Shown: positions 17,454 through 25,712 of the stretch, piece after piece | How positions within the stretch are numbered: the first letter of the stretch is position 1 | How the letters are laid out: every line of letters begins with the position of its first letter | Source: an uncultured virus (IMG/VR IMGVR_UViG_3300013004_000028) | Lineage: Duplodnaviria; Heunggongvirae; Uroviricota; Caudoviricetes | Direction: 5' to 3' (one strand) | DNA length: 64,000 nucleotides | Virus record (IMG/VR): IMGVR_UViG_3300013004_000028 | Translations under genes and position numbers: made by a program | The notes under the pieces: generated by a model | Seen by the model: the letters and a program-made list of their open reading frames with translations, nothing else | Told to the model about the DNA's origin: nothing | Databases searched by the model: none

Positions 17454-17774
17454 TTAACCCTTCTTACCTCCAAATAAAGCTGCATCTGGACCGTTGTCAA
17501 ATGAAATTTCATCCCCAGTCCTCAAGGCTTCGTCAAAACTTTGCTGATCAGGAAGAAGTTCCGCTGGCTCAGATTGCATCTGAGGACCCTGTGTTTCATA
17601 CATCATATTATTATTAATTGTGTTATTAACGATCTCTTTCTCTTGGAAGTTGTAAGAATAAAACAAAGTATATTTCTTATCAGGAAGCCGGGATTCAATA
17701 CTATAAATCCAAACTAAAGAACAAGACTGAGAAATCAAAAGGAATACTATTGCTGATTGTTTTAATGTAAACAT
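17454..17774 (-). CDS. Hypothetical membrane-anchored protein
   Basis: N-terminal hydrophobic helix. Confidence 0.65.
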   Translation of the reverse strand: MFTLKQSAIVFLLISQSCSLVWIYSIESRLPDKKYTLFYSYNFQEKEIVNNTINNNMMYETQGPQMQSEPAELLPDQQSFDEALRTGDEISFDNGPDAALFGGKKG

Positions 17775-17999
17775 AATTTAAGATTTAAGCCCCCAAATAG
17801 CCCCAATTACAAAGCAAAATAAAATAAGGTACATATCCATTCTATATATTTGATTTTTGGTTAATCATAGAGACTCCAGTATACAGCCCCAAGATCAGCC
17901 GTCAAGAATTTTTTTTGAAAATTTTTCTTTAAACAAAAAAACCCGCCCCTTTATTAAGAGAGCGGGAAAAAAATGAATTACTTTTTATTAAATGGTTTA

Positions 18000-18500
18000 T
18001 TAGAACCCAACAGAAACGCCGACTCGGAAAGTCACATCATCGACTTCCTCACCGAAATTATATACAGCATCACCAAATGCGCTCACTGTAGATGTCAAGT
18101 TGTATCGGACCCCACCACCAGCTCCGACATGCCAGTCTTCGCTTTCAAAACCGTATCCAAAGCCGACAAGGCCATAGACATCTAGCTTTTCAGCAACTGG
18201 CAAATAAACAATAGCGTTAGTGCCAAGCTTGAATTCCGTCTCACCATCCAAATCAAGAATAGCTGAATTCAATTCAAGGCTTACATTCTTGGCCACTGGA
18301 ACTTCAATCGCTAGACCGCCGCCCCAAGCAGTATCAACATCATCTAGTTCACTGACAACCGAGGTGCCATAGAACTTAGCTGAGAAGTCAACCTCTTGAA
18401 CTTGAGGAATACTAATAGTAGGTACTAGAGTGGATACGCCAGCAAATGTCTGGGAGACTGTGGCAATAGCCGCTAGTAGCAATGTAGTTAGTTTAATCAT
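18000..18500 (-). CDS. Outer-membrane beta-barrel protein (small, OmpA/Ail-type barrel)
   Basis: Signal peptide, alternating beta-strands (WGGGLAIEV, HVGAGGGVRY), C-terminal beta-signal RVGVSVGF; hairpin and T-tract at ~17935-17972. Confidence 0.85.
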   Translation of the reverse strand: MIKLTTLLLAAIATVSQTFAGVSTLVPTISIPQVQEVDFSAKFYGTSVVSELDDVDTAWGGGLAIEVPVAKNVSLELNSAILDLDGETEFKLGTNAIVYLPVAEKLDVYGLVGFGYGFESEDWHVGAGGGVRYNLTSTVSAFGDAVYNFGEEVDDVTFRVGVSVGF

Positions 18501-18599
18501 CTTATTATTATTGTTTTTTTTATTCTGGGCTCATCCCAGAAACTCTTATTACGCTTTATACAAAACGAACTTGAAATTATTAATCAGAAGTAAATACAA

Positions 18600-18890
18600 T
18601 CAATTCATTAGTTTGTCTCCTGTCTCAGCAAAAAATACTTCTATCTCTAATGGATCAGAAAGAAATGCCCCCACTTCAAATGCGCTTATTAAGGCCTCCT
18701 CAGGGCTCAACTCAAAAATAGTATTACCATCCTCATTAGATAAATACAAATCCTTATCAAAAAGATTAACTAAACTATAGGTACATCCTTCTCCCCTTTC
18801 TGAAAATGTATCAAAAGGACAATTGTCAAATGTCCAATAAGGATACTGAACATTAGGTAAAGGCATAGTCAAAATAATATTATTAAACAT
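18600..18890 (-). CDS. Acidic hypothetical protein
   Basis: 96 aa ORF. Confidence 0.65.
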   Translation of the reverse strand: MFNNIILTMPLPNVQYPYWTFDNCPFDTFSERGEGCTYSLVNLFDKDLYLSNEDGNTIFELSPEEALISAFEVGAFLSDPLEIEVFFAETGDKLMN

Positions 18891-18906
18891 AAAATCTGGT
18901 AGCTAT

Positions 18907-18960
18907 TTACTCCTTACACCAAATTAGAAAAATAACGATGACTAATAGTAAGAATATCAT
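18907..18960 (-). CDS. Candidate 17-aa hydrophobic peptide MIFLLLVIVIFLIWCKE
   Basis: ATG 6 nt after the TTGCAAGAG-N9-CTTAATAA motif. Confidence 0.35.
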   Translation of the reverse strand: MIFLLLVIVIFLIWCKE

Positions 18961-18999
18961 TATCTCTTATTAAGTAAAAACAACTCTTGCAACTGAAAA

Positions 19000-19085
19000 T
19001 AAAATTTGCCCTATCATTTCTGATTTAAAGGCCGGGCCAGCCTCAACAACAACAACACAACAGGTGCTGCAAATCACTATGAACA
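19000..19085 (-). ncRNA. Candidate structured sRNA with a GU-rich loop
   Basis: TTGACA-16-TAGACT promoter (19118-19091) with no adjacent start codon; nested stems closing GUUGUGUUGUUGUUGUUG. Confidence 0.4.
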
Positions 19086-19808
19086 AAATTAGTCTACCAC
19101 ACCTTCCCGTCTTGTCAAATCTTCTTTTGATATTTCTTCTTCTTAAATCAGGAGAAAAACCTTTACCTACTTTCCTTTATATTATTAACCCTTCCTTTAT
19201 ATTCCTTTTTGTGTCCAGCCCTATACATATATATACATATATTCACGTAAGCATACATGACGCCCACATAGATGTATTACATAATCCTTTATACAAATAA
19301 AGAGTTATATGCCATAACTAGTGTTCGCAATAACCTTTTCATGCCATTTTATATACTTTTCCTAGGGGGTAAATACAAATTATACCATTAGAAGCCGAGT
19401 ATATACAAAGTATAGCCTATAATACATACAAAACAGCTTCTGATAATGGAAAATTCAAAATATGGGACAAAAAATGGCTGCATTTCTGAAGAAAAAGGAT
19501 GTTATTATTGTTTTTTTTACGTGGACGACACTATTTTTACATCAAATCTACCCAATTCACCTACATAAAACCTTTTTTATATATATATATCTTTATACTA
19601 CTCTACTATTATGTTTTAGATTAGGGTTAAATGGGTTTTATTTGGATTTATTGGGTTTGAATGCATTTTATTTAGCGTGCAAGCCGCGAAACAGCATACT
19701 CGTCATTCAAACCTGAAAAATGTTTACTATTATCTATAGAGTATTTAAAATTATCTATTATATACTTTATTGTATATTTAGCCTTTTTTATTTTCTATTC
19801 TTGTATTA

Positions 19809-20033
19809 TTATGTTTGGTGTAATTTTCCTTCTTGTTCGGTACCGTACCAGTGATGACGGTAGACTAACTGACTAAGCTGCATCTGCTCGCTCTCTAGCA
19901 ACTTAGCGTCTTCTAATCGACCTTCACGATAAGCGTTGGCTTTGTCCTTTTTAATCTGATGCAGCCGGGCAGCAAGGCCTCTGATCATTGATTTGACCTT
20001 TGCTCGACGATCTCTTTCAGCTATTGATATCAT
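19809..20033 (-). CDS. Hypothetical protein
   Basis: 74 aa; GATATAATAAT-ATG start. Confidence 0.7.
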   Translation of the reverse strand: MISIAERDRRAKVKSMIRGLAARLHQIKKDKANAYREGRLEDAKLLESEQMQLSQLVYRHHWYGTEQEGKLHQT

Positions 20034-20073
20034 ATTATTATATCGTATATCAGAGTTCGTTATTTATACCACT

Positions 20074-20349
20074 CTAGTAGTTCTGAAAAGGTCCATATGG
20101 CTTGAAATTTTCAGGTTTTTTAGGCTCTGCACTCTTATAAGGGAATTCAGGGAGATCCATCCACGCTAAAATTACATTATCTTTATTAGGATAAATATTT
20201 TCATTTGTACTTTCCCATATATCATCTCCACCTTCATTTGATTTAAGGTATTTAACAATATCGTACCCTTCTGGGCCGTCAGTCGTATTGCCCCATACTA
20301 TTAAGATTTCTCTATTTTTAGGGATAGTTGTAATAGGTTTCCATTTCAT
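20074..20349 (-). CDS. DUF551-like small protein
   Basis: W.PI.T.P...ILAWM.LPE; paralogs 21852..22052 and 25276..25482. Confidence 0.7.
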   Translation of the reverse strand: MKWKPITTIPKNREILIVWGNTTDGPEGYDIVKYLKSNEGGDDIWESTNENIYPNKDNVILAWMDLPEFPYKSAEPKKPENFKPYGPFQNY

Positions 20350-20354
20350 AATAT

Positions 20355-20789
20355 CTATTTATTAATATACTGTTTTGCTATCATTTGATAGTATGCATCT
20401 AATAGATCTAATGTATGTTTTAAATTCTTTTCATTTAAATAAAGTGAATGTAGCCTATCAGCTTCGGGTGAAAGCGCGCCATATTGAGACATTACCGCTT
20501 TATTAATGTTCTTTTTTATTTCGTCTGTATCATCGCCTCTCAGAATATTATTGATCAACTCCTGAGTACTTCGATTTTCCATCGCCGCGAGTTTGTTCAC
20601 CACGATCATAATGGCCTCAGATGAATCCGGCGCTGTTGTGTCTATCGGGAAAACCAATTGACGACGCTCGAATTTTGGGTTTGTCATCACGTAAAGCCGA
20701 TCTTTCTCGGCCTCATTGAGCAAAACCCACCCTTGGTTTTCCGCGTAGTCTCGCAGGTCAGTGGGAGAAATGAGTGTTTCAAGATTCAT
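20355..20789 (-). CDS. Hypothetical protein (possibly chimeric)
   Basis: 144 aa; the 5' half looks GC-richer than the 3' half. Confidence 0.7.
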   Translation of the reverse strand: MNLETLISPTDLRDYAENQGWVLLNEAEKDRLYVMTNPKFERRQLVFPIDTTAPDSSEAIMIVVNKLAAMENRSTQELINNILRGDDTDEIKKNINKAVMSQYGALSPEADRLHSLYLNEKNLKHTLDLLDAYYQMIAKQYINK

Positions 20790-20941
20790 AATAAGGTTTC
20801 AGTAATAGTCTTCTGACAGTATTCTATAGATGTATCGTCAATGTACAAAATATATTTTGCTTCACGTTCTATTGTCAGATCGTTATAATCTATTTTCTTT
20901 GGAGGTAATTTTATTAGCATATTTATTATATCAGATTTACT

Positions 20942-21286
20942 TTAAACTTCAATTCCGCGATTTTTAAGAAATACCTCAACCTCTAATAGATTATGTTGTG
21001 GCAAACGATGAGGATCTAATACGTAATCATGCATCTGTTGCATAACTGATAAAACTTGAATATTTACATCTTTCACCTCGTCTTTTAGGCAATCAGGATA
21101 CTCTTGCAATAATGACTCTACATTAGGAAAGTCCTCCATTGAATTATTATACTTATCAGGTTTAATCCATCTCCCAATGGCGCAATAGTGAACGCCGCAC
21201 TTATACATCGGTCCCATCTCTGCGATGCGACTAGAATCTGCGCAGTAATACTCAATAGTATCTTTAATAAATTCTTTATTAGTCAT
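20942..21286 (-). CDS. Hypothetical protein
   Basis: 114 aa; CAIG...QQMHD. Confidence 0.75.
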   Translation of the reverse strand: MTNKEFIKDTIEYYCADSSRIAEMGPMYKCGVHYCAIGRWIKPDKYNNSMEDFPNVESLLQEYPDCLKDEVKDVNIQVLSVMQQMHDYVLDPHRLPQHNLLEVEVFLKNRGIEV

Positions 21287-21301
21287 AATTTAGCGTATAG
21301 T

Positions 21302-21610
21302 TTAAGAGAAAAATAAATTACACCATCTGATTGCGTCAATTGGATTTTCAAATGATTCATGTGCCAATTGAATCTTATTTGAATCTGCTGGCACGTGCGC
21401 AGGATACCATTTGCCATCATTATTTAGTTGAGCCCCATATGATCCGAATGATCCTTCTTTGCTCAAATAATTTCCAACTGATTCTAGATATGTTCCATCA
21501 TTGGCTTTCCATTGGTAAGTACGACGATCTATCATGGCACCTGAGTGTGAATTTTCAGTTGCATTCCAATCGTAACGATGAGTTTCGATGACAATAGTTT
21601 CTTCATTCAT
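21302..21610 (-). CDS. Hypothetical protein, paralog of 24016..24243
   Basis: Shared E.IVI..H.Y.WN.TENS..G and LA.ESF...AI. Confidence 0.8.
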   Translation of the reverse strand: MNEETIVIETHRYDWNATENSHSGAMIDRRTYQWKANDGTYLESVGNYLSKEGSFGSYGAQLNNDGKWYPAHVPADSNKIQLAHESFENPIDAIRWCNLFFS

Positions 21611-21831
21611 ACTGCTTTATAATGCTTTAATTTATAGTTTTCTGCTTCAAGCAAAGTAAATCCATAACTAGCTACCGCGTAGCTATCTTCCTGTACAAAA
21701 CCACTTCCGCCGACAAAGACAGAAACCTCAAGATATGGATTATCTACAGATTCTTCTGTGTGATGAATCGCTATTACACGATACACTTCATTTGAATCGG
21801 TGAAAATGTCGCCTATTGATACGTTGTGCAT
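21607..21831 (-). CDS. Hypothetical protein
   Basis: 74 aa; ATGA overlap with the next gene. Confidence 0.7.
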   Translation of the reverse strand: MHNVSIGDIFTDSNEVYRVIAIHHTEESVDNPYLEVSVFVGGSGFVQEDSYAVASYGFTLLEAENYKLKHYKAV

Positions 21832-21851
21832 ATTATTATATCAGAGTTGCT

Positions 21852-22052
21852 TTACCAAGCTGGTCGATATTGTGATAGCGACAGCCAGTGAGTTGGAGTG
21901 AAAAAACTAAGCTGATCCTCTGGGTTGATCATCCAGCGGCCCGCATCATAATGGATGACTTGTCCACCGTACCGTAACCGCCCTTCTACTAGAAGAGCCA
22001 CTACGATAGGTGTACCATCTTTTGGAGCTGTATCAATTGGTTGCCAGTTCAT
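21852..22052 (-). CDS. DUF551-like small protein
   Basis: MNWQPIDTAPKDG...PTHW. Confidence 0.75.
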   Translation of the reverse strand: MNWQPIDTAPKDGTPIVVALLVEGRLRYGGQVIHYDAGRWMINPEDQLSFFTPTHWLSLSQYRPAW

Positions 22053-22104
22053 AACTTTATTATATCACAGGTCACGAACAAAGCAAAGAATATTTTATTT
22101 TTTA

Positions 22105-22422
22105 TCAAATAAACTTTTCATCTTTTTCATAAATGCGACTAAATATTTCCTTTGTAGGACCAATCAAGACTGGATATGTATCGTATACATTATTCTTTGA
22201 AAATTCCTCATTAACTTGATACCATCCTAATGGCTCTGTTGCACCTTCGACCCCTAGAGCAGTAATATATCCGCCTGTTGCTACATTAACCCTCTCCCAT
22301 GTGCCTAAAGGTAGATTAGCCATCTTTTCGGGACCTCCAATCAATTTATAAGGATTAAGCTGATAGAGTTCAGCATCAGCAAAGAAGTAAATGTAATCAG
22401 CTTTAATGGGTTTGACTTTCAT
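22105..22422 (-). CDS. Hypothetical protein
   Basis: 105 aa; early-type promoter upstream. Confidence 0.75.
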   Translation of the reverse strand: MKVKPIKADYIYFFADAELYQLNPYKLIGGPEKMANLPLGTWERVNVATGGYITALGVEGATEPLGWYQVNEEFSKNNVYDTYPVLIGPTKEIFSRIYEKDEKFI

Positions 22423-22521
22423 ACTATTATTATATCACACGCTGTGAGAAGCACAACAGATATTTTTGGATTTTTTCTCCTTCTTCCGTTAGCTCCCAGA
22501 GACTAGAGGAAGAATGATAAC

Positions 22522-22785
22522 TCATGGTTTCTCTAGTTTTTCAACTAAATCTGACAATTTTCCAATAATTTCAAAGCCTTCCTCTTTTGCGTCATTTTTC
22601 CATTCATCGCTAGGCAAAATAAGAATATGCAGATCATTATAACCTTTGACACGAGCCAAATATGTGCTTTGACCCCAAAAATTTAAAACAGCAGCATATC
22701 CACTCATGGCACTGCGGATATTTACGCCAGATGAGCCTTTGTTATCTTTTACGATGACTTGAGCGTGTGATGATATGATGTCCAT
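22522..22785 (-). CDS. Hypothetical protein
   Basis: Start chosen at MDIISSH to avoid overlap with the upstream gene. Confidence 0.65.
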   Translation of the reverse strand: MDIISSHAQVIVKDNKGSSGVNIRSAMSGYAAVLNFWGQSTYLARVKGYNDLHILILPSDEWKNDAKEEGFEIIGKLSDLVEKLEKP

Positions 22786-22801
22786 TTTGTTTAATTTTTT
22801 A

Positions 22802-23146
22802 TTAACAGTAATAGCCCTCTTTGTCTTTTCCGAGGTTGTCAAGCGCGTCTCGCATCTCCGCTTTAACTTCTTCAATGATTTGCTCTCTCATCTTCTTCCT
22901 ATCCATTGCTCCGGTACGCTGACCAGCTAAGAAAGCTTCCTGTAAGGCTTTCTCGGTGTAGTATGTGGTGTCTTTGCCATCGACCTTTAGTAATATATCT
23001 TTGTGACCACGCTCTTCCATCAGCCTACCGACATAGTAGGTCATGTGGATGTCGTGTTGAGTCTCCTTGTAGGTAGCAAGTGGATCACCATAGCTGGCGA
23101 ACAAACGGTCTTCAAGATCTTTTATCATTTTAAGTACATCGCTCAT
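22802..23146 (-). CDS. Hypothetical protein
   Basis: 114 aa. Confidence 0.75.
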   Translation of the reverse strand: MSDVLKMIKDLEDRLFASYGDPLATYKETQHDIHMTYYVGRLMEERGHKDILLKVDGKDTTYYTEKALQEAFLAGQRTGAMDRKKMREQIIEEVKAEMRDALDNLGKDKEGYYC

Positions 23147-23169
23147 ATTATTATTATATTAGAGTTCCT

Positions 23170-23334
23170 TTAGCCTAGACAGATCTGTTCTGTACCCGTT
23201 ACCGATGACCGGTACGCCATTAACCATTCTCTTGTGTTGTTCGCGACTACAATATTCGGATACTTGGACATGAGCTTATTAAATTCTTTTTTGAATTTTT
23301 CTAACTCTTTTATAGCTTCTTCATCTTTTATCAT
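23170..23334 (-). CDS. 54-aa protein, triplicated family member 1
   Basis: EEA.KELE.FK..F.KL...YPN. Confidence 0.75.
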   Translation of the reverse strand: MIKDEEAIKELEKFKKEFNKLMSKYPNIVVANNTREWLMAYRSSVTGTEQICLG

Positions 23335-23362
23335 ACTATTATTATATCGGAGTCCCTTTAAA

Positions 23363-23605
23363 TCACTTCGTTCTATTAGCCAAAGATTCAATTCCGTCAG
23401 CGATGATTCGAGCCAGATCCCTCATGCAAGTTCGACACACTTCTTCAGCAATATAGGTGTTGGCTTGGTGTTGTCCGTTGAATCGACCCATAGGGTTCTG
23501 ACAACTACAGTGCGTCATAATTGTAAGGCGTTGAGGTACATCTTCCCAGCCGCGTTGAGGCATTTCTTCTTTGCAGATGTCACAAGAGATGATGGTTGTT
23601 TTCAT
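23363..23605 (-). CDS. Small Cys-rich (Zn-ribbon-like) protein
   Basis: CDIC ... CRTC. Confidence 0.7.
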   Translation of the reverse strand: MKTTIISCDICKEEMPQRGWEDVPQRLTIMTHCSCQNPMGRFNGQHQANTYIAEEVCRTCMRDLARIIADGIESLANRTK

Positions 23606-23649
23606 GATTCAAAGAGGTGAAGTTTATTCATACTTTTATTATATCGGAG

Positions 23650-23814
23650 TTACCTTACCTCTAAGCTTACCTTTGCATAGGTAATATTATGACAAGCTAA
23701 TAAATAACCATCAATGTCCTCTGTTACGTAGAGATTAGGATATTCATTCATTAGCTTATCAAACTTAATTTTGAATTCTTCTAACTCTTTAACAGCTTCT
23801 TCTTTAAATGTCAT
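23650..23814 (-). CDS. 54-aa protein, triplicated family member 2
   Basis: MTFKEEAVKELEEFKIKFDKLMNEYPN... translated by hand. Confidence 0.75.
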   Translation of the reverse strand: MTFKEEAVKELEEFKIKFDKLMNEYPNLYVTEDIDGYLLACHNITYAKVSLEVR

Positions 23815-23836
23815 ATTATTATTATATTAAAGTTAC

Positions 23837-23995
23837 CTAACCCAAGCATACCTTTGCATATTCAATATTATGATAAGCGATCAAATAACCATCATTGTCC
23901 TCTGTTACGGAAACATTAGGATATTCATTTATTAGCTTATCAAATTTGAGTTTGAATTCATCTAACTCTTTAGCAGCTTCTTCTTTTGGTGTCAT
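23837..23995 (-). CDS. 52-aa protein, triplicated family member 3
   Basis: MTPKEEAAKELDEFKLKFDKLINEYPN... translated by hand. Confidence 0.75.
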   Translation of the reverse strand: MTPKEEAAKELDEFKLKFDKLINEYPNVSVTEDNDGYLIAYHNIEYAKVCLG

Positions 23996-24015
23996 ATTAT
24001 TATATTAGAGTTACT

Positions 24016-24243
24016 TTATGTCCAGTAAGAATATGATCGTTTAATGGCAGACTCTAAATCATCGAATGATTCACTCGCCAATTCAAAATCGCAACTTCCG
24101 TCGCCCCAGTATGACGGAACCCATTTTCCGTTCACTTCGGTAGCGCCGTGGGTGCCACAAGAAGTCTCTTGGCCGAAATAAGAATTTTCGGTCTCATTCC
24201 ATTCATATTCATGGTTATCAATTACAATGTTTTCTTTTTTCAT
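24016..24243 (-). CDS. Hypothetical protein, paralog of 21302..21610
   Basis: Start at MKKENIVI, just after TATAAT. Confidence 0.75.
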   Translation of the reverse strand: MKKENIVIDNHEYEWNETENSYFGQETSCGTHGATEVNGKWVPSYWGDGSCDFELASESFDDLESAIKRSYSYWT

Positions 24244-24247
24244 AAGA

Positions 24248-24562
24248 TTATATCGCAGGCTTATTAGATTGAAACGGATTTTTTCTATAAAATTCCACAT
24301 CTGATCCAGCTTTGTCTATATACATAGAGTTAGCTATATCTGAGATTCTCAAGGCTTCAGAGTGGCATCTCTGATATTCAGCCAAGGCAGCCATACGTTG
24401 ATCATACGCCTCCTTCGCTACCTGATCGCTTTTTCCTAGAGTGTTGATTTCCAAAGCGGCTTTCCAAGCCCTGTGAGCCTCAGCGGCTTTGATATTGGCT
24501 TTTGTACGCAGCTCCGAAATTTCGGACCATTCCATTTCTCTGAGTTTGGTTTCGTCGTTCAT
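24248..24562 (-). CDS. Helical hypothetical protein
   Basis: AKAAEA..W motif shared with 24619..24999; ATATCCG-TTGCAA promoter. Confidence 0.75.
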   Translation of the reverse strand: MNDETKLREMEWSEISELRTKANIKAAEAHRAWKAALEINTLGKSDQVAKEAYDQRMAALAEYQRCHSEALRISDIANSMYIDKAGSDVEFYRKNPFQSNKPAI

Positions 24563-24618
24563 ATTGATTCCTTAGTTTACCACAGGTTTATTAGATTGCA
24601 ACGGATATTTTTGATTCT

Positions 24619-24999
24619 TTAAACCTCCTCTTCCGTCAGACTTTCGAAGCGCCAGACTTCCTCATCTGCTTCTGTAGCCTCTTTATATTTAGAATCTCTA
24701 TCTTCACAGGCTTGTTCATATTTTTTGTAAGTTTGATAGTCTCCACCTTGATTGACTGTTTTACGGTAAGTGATGAAGGCTTTTTTCGTATTATCGTTAG
24801 CCGTCGCCCATCTGACCCAAGCTTCGGCGGCTTTCTCTTTCGCTTCTGCGAGTTTGGGTTCATTTTGGATGTCGAACCATACATCATAAGTTTTAGAAAC
24901 TTGTTGTTTCGCTTCGTCGGTGCTGACAGTTAAGAAGTGGGCCTTGGCTGCTTCAAACTCGGCTCTTGCTTGGTCAATTCTGTTTTGATAGTCGGTCAT
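24619..24999 (-). CDS. Coiled-coil hypothetical protein
   Basis: 126 aa; AAAATATCCG-TTGCTT-16-TATAGT-6-ATG. Confidence 0.8.
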   Translation of the reverse strand: MTDYQNRIDQARAEFEAAKAHFLTVSTDEAKQQVSKTYDVWFDIQNEPKLAEAKEKAAEAWVRWATANDNTKKAFITYRKTVNQGGDYQTYKKYEQACEDRDSKYKEATEADEEVWRFESLTEEEV

Positions 25000-25056
25000 G
25001 TCCTTACTATAGGCGAGCGGTTCAGGAAAGCAACGGATATTTTCGATTCTTTTTAT

Positions 25057-25254
25057 TTATTCTTGCCAGTTCTTAAGAGCTTCACTGCTTAGGCAAAAGC
25101 TACCTTTTTTCTTTTCTAGGGTTTCTTCGCTCCATGGCTTAGGACCCCAAGCGTTTTCAAAAGCTTCTTCTCGCGTTTGACCACTACCAAAAACGGTAGG
25201 TGCAGCAAATGGTCCAAGTACTCTCACTTCGTGGAATTTGTGTTCATCTGTCAT
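25057..25254 (-). CDS. Hypothetical protein
   Basis: 65 aa. Confidence 0.65.
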   Translation of the reverse strand: MTDEHKFHEVRVLGPFAAPTVFGSGQTREEAFENAWGPKPWSEETLEKKKGSFCLSSEALKNWQE

Positions 25255-25275
25255 ACTATTATTATAAAGTTTATT

Positions 25276-25482
25276 TTATTTCCAATCTGGAATAGGTAGC
25301 CATCCTAAGATCTTGTACCATTTATTTTCTAAGGTCTCTCCGTCCATACCTACATATATATCAGGAGCAATACAAGACAAAACATCATAATAAATAAATT
25401 CTCTTCTTTCGTTTCCAATAGCAGCTAAAAACTCCCTATCCTGCGGAGCAGTCTCAAACGGTTGCCATTCTTTATTAGTCAT
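25276..25482 (-). CDS. DUF551-like small protein
   Basis: WQPFETAPQD...LGWLPIP. Confidence 0.7.
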   Translation of the reverse strand: MTNKEWQPFETAPQDREFLAAIGNERREFIYYDVLSCIAPDIYVGMDGETLENKWYKILGWLPIPDWK

Positions 25483-25492
25483 ATTAAGATGT

Positions 25493-25702
25493 TTAATAAG
25501 GATCTGTATTGTAATTTTTCCATATAAAAATTTTTTTTTCGCATCGTCTGCAATACTTCCTTTTGCCTCTATCCTGTATAGAAGATCGGCACTTTGTACT
25601 GCATGTCAAGCAACGAAATCGACGACTTGGAAGTTTTTCACCTTCGCTGGAAATTTTCGATAAACTAAGAATAAATTTAAAAAATTGTTTTATTATTCTC
25701 AT
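25493..25702 (-). CDS. Small Zn-ribbon-like protein
   Basis: CLTC...CRRC. Confidence 0.55.
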   Translation of the reverse strand: MRIIKQFFKFILSLSKISSEGEKLPSRRFRCLTCSTKCRSSIQDRGKRKYCRRCEKKIFIWKNYNTDPY

Positions 25703-25712
25703 TTTTATAAAA

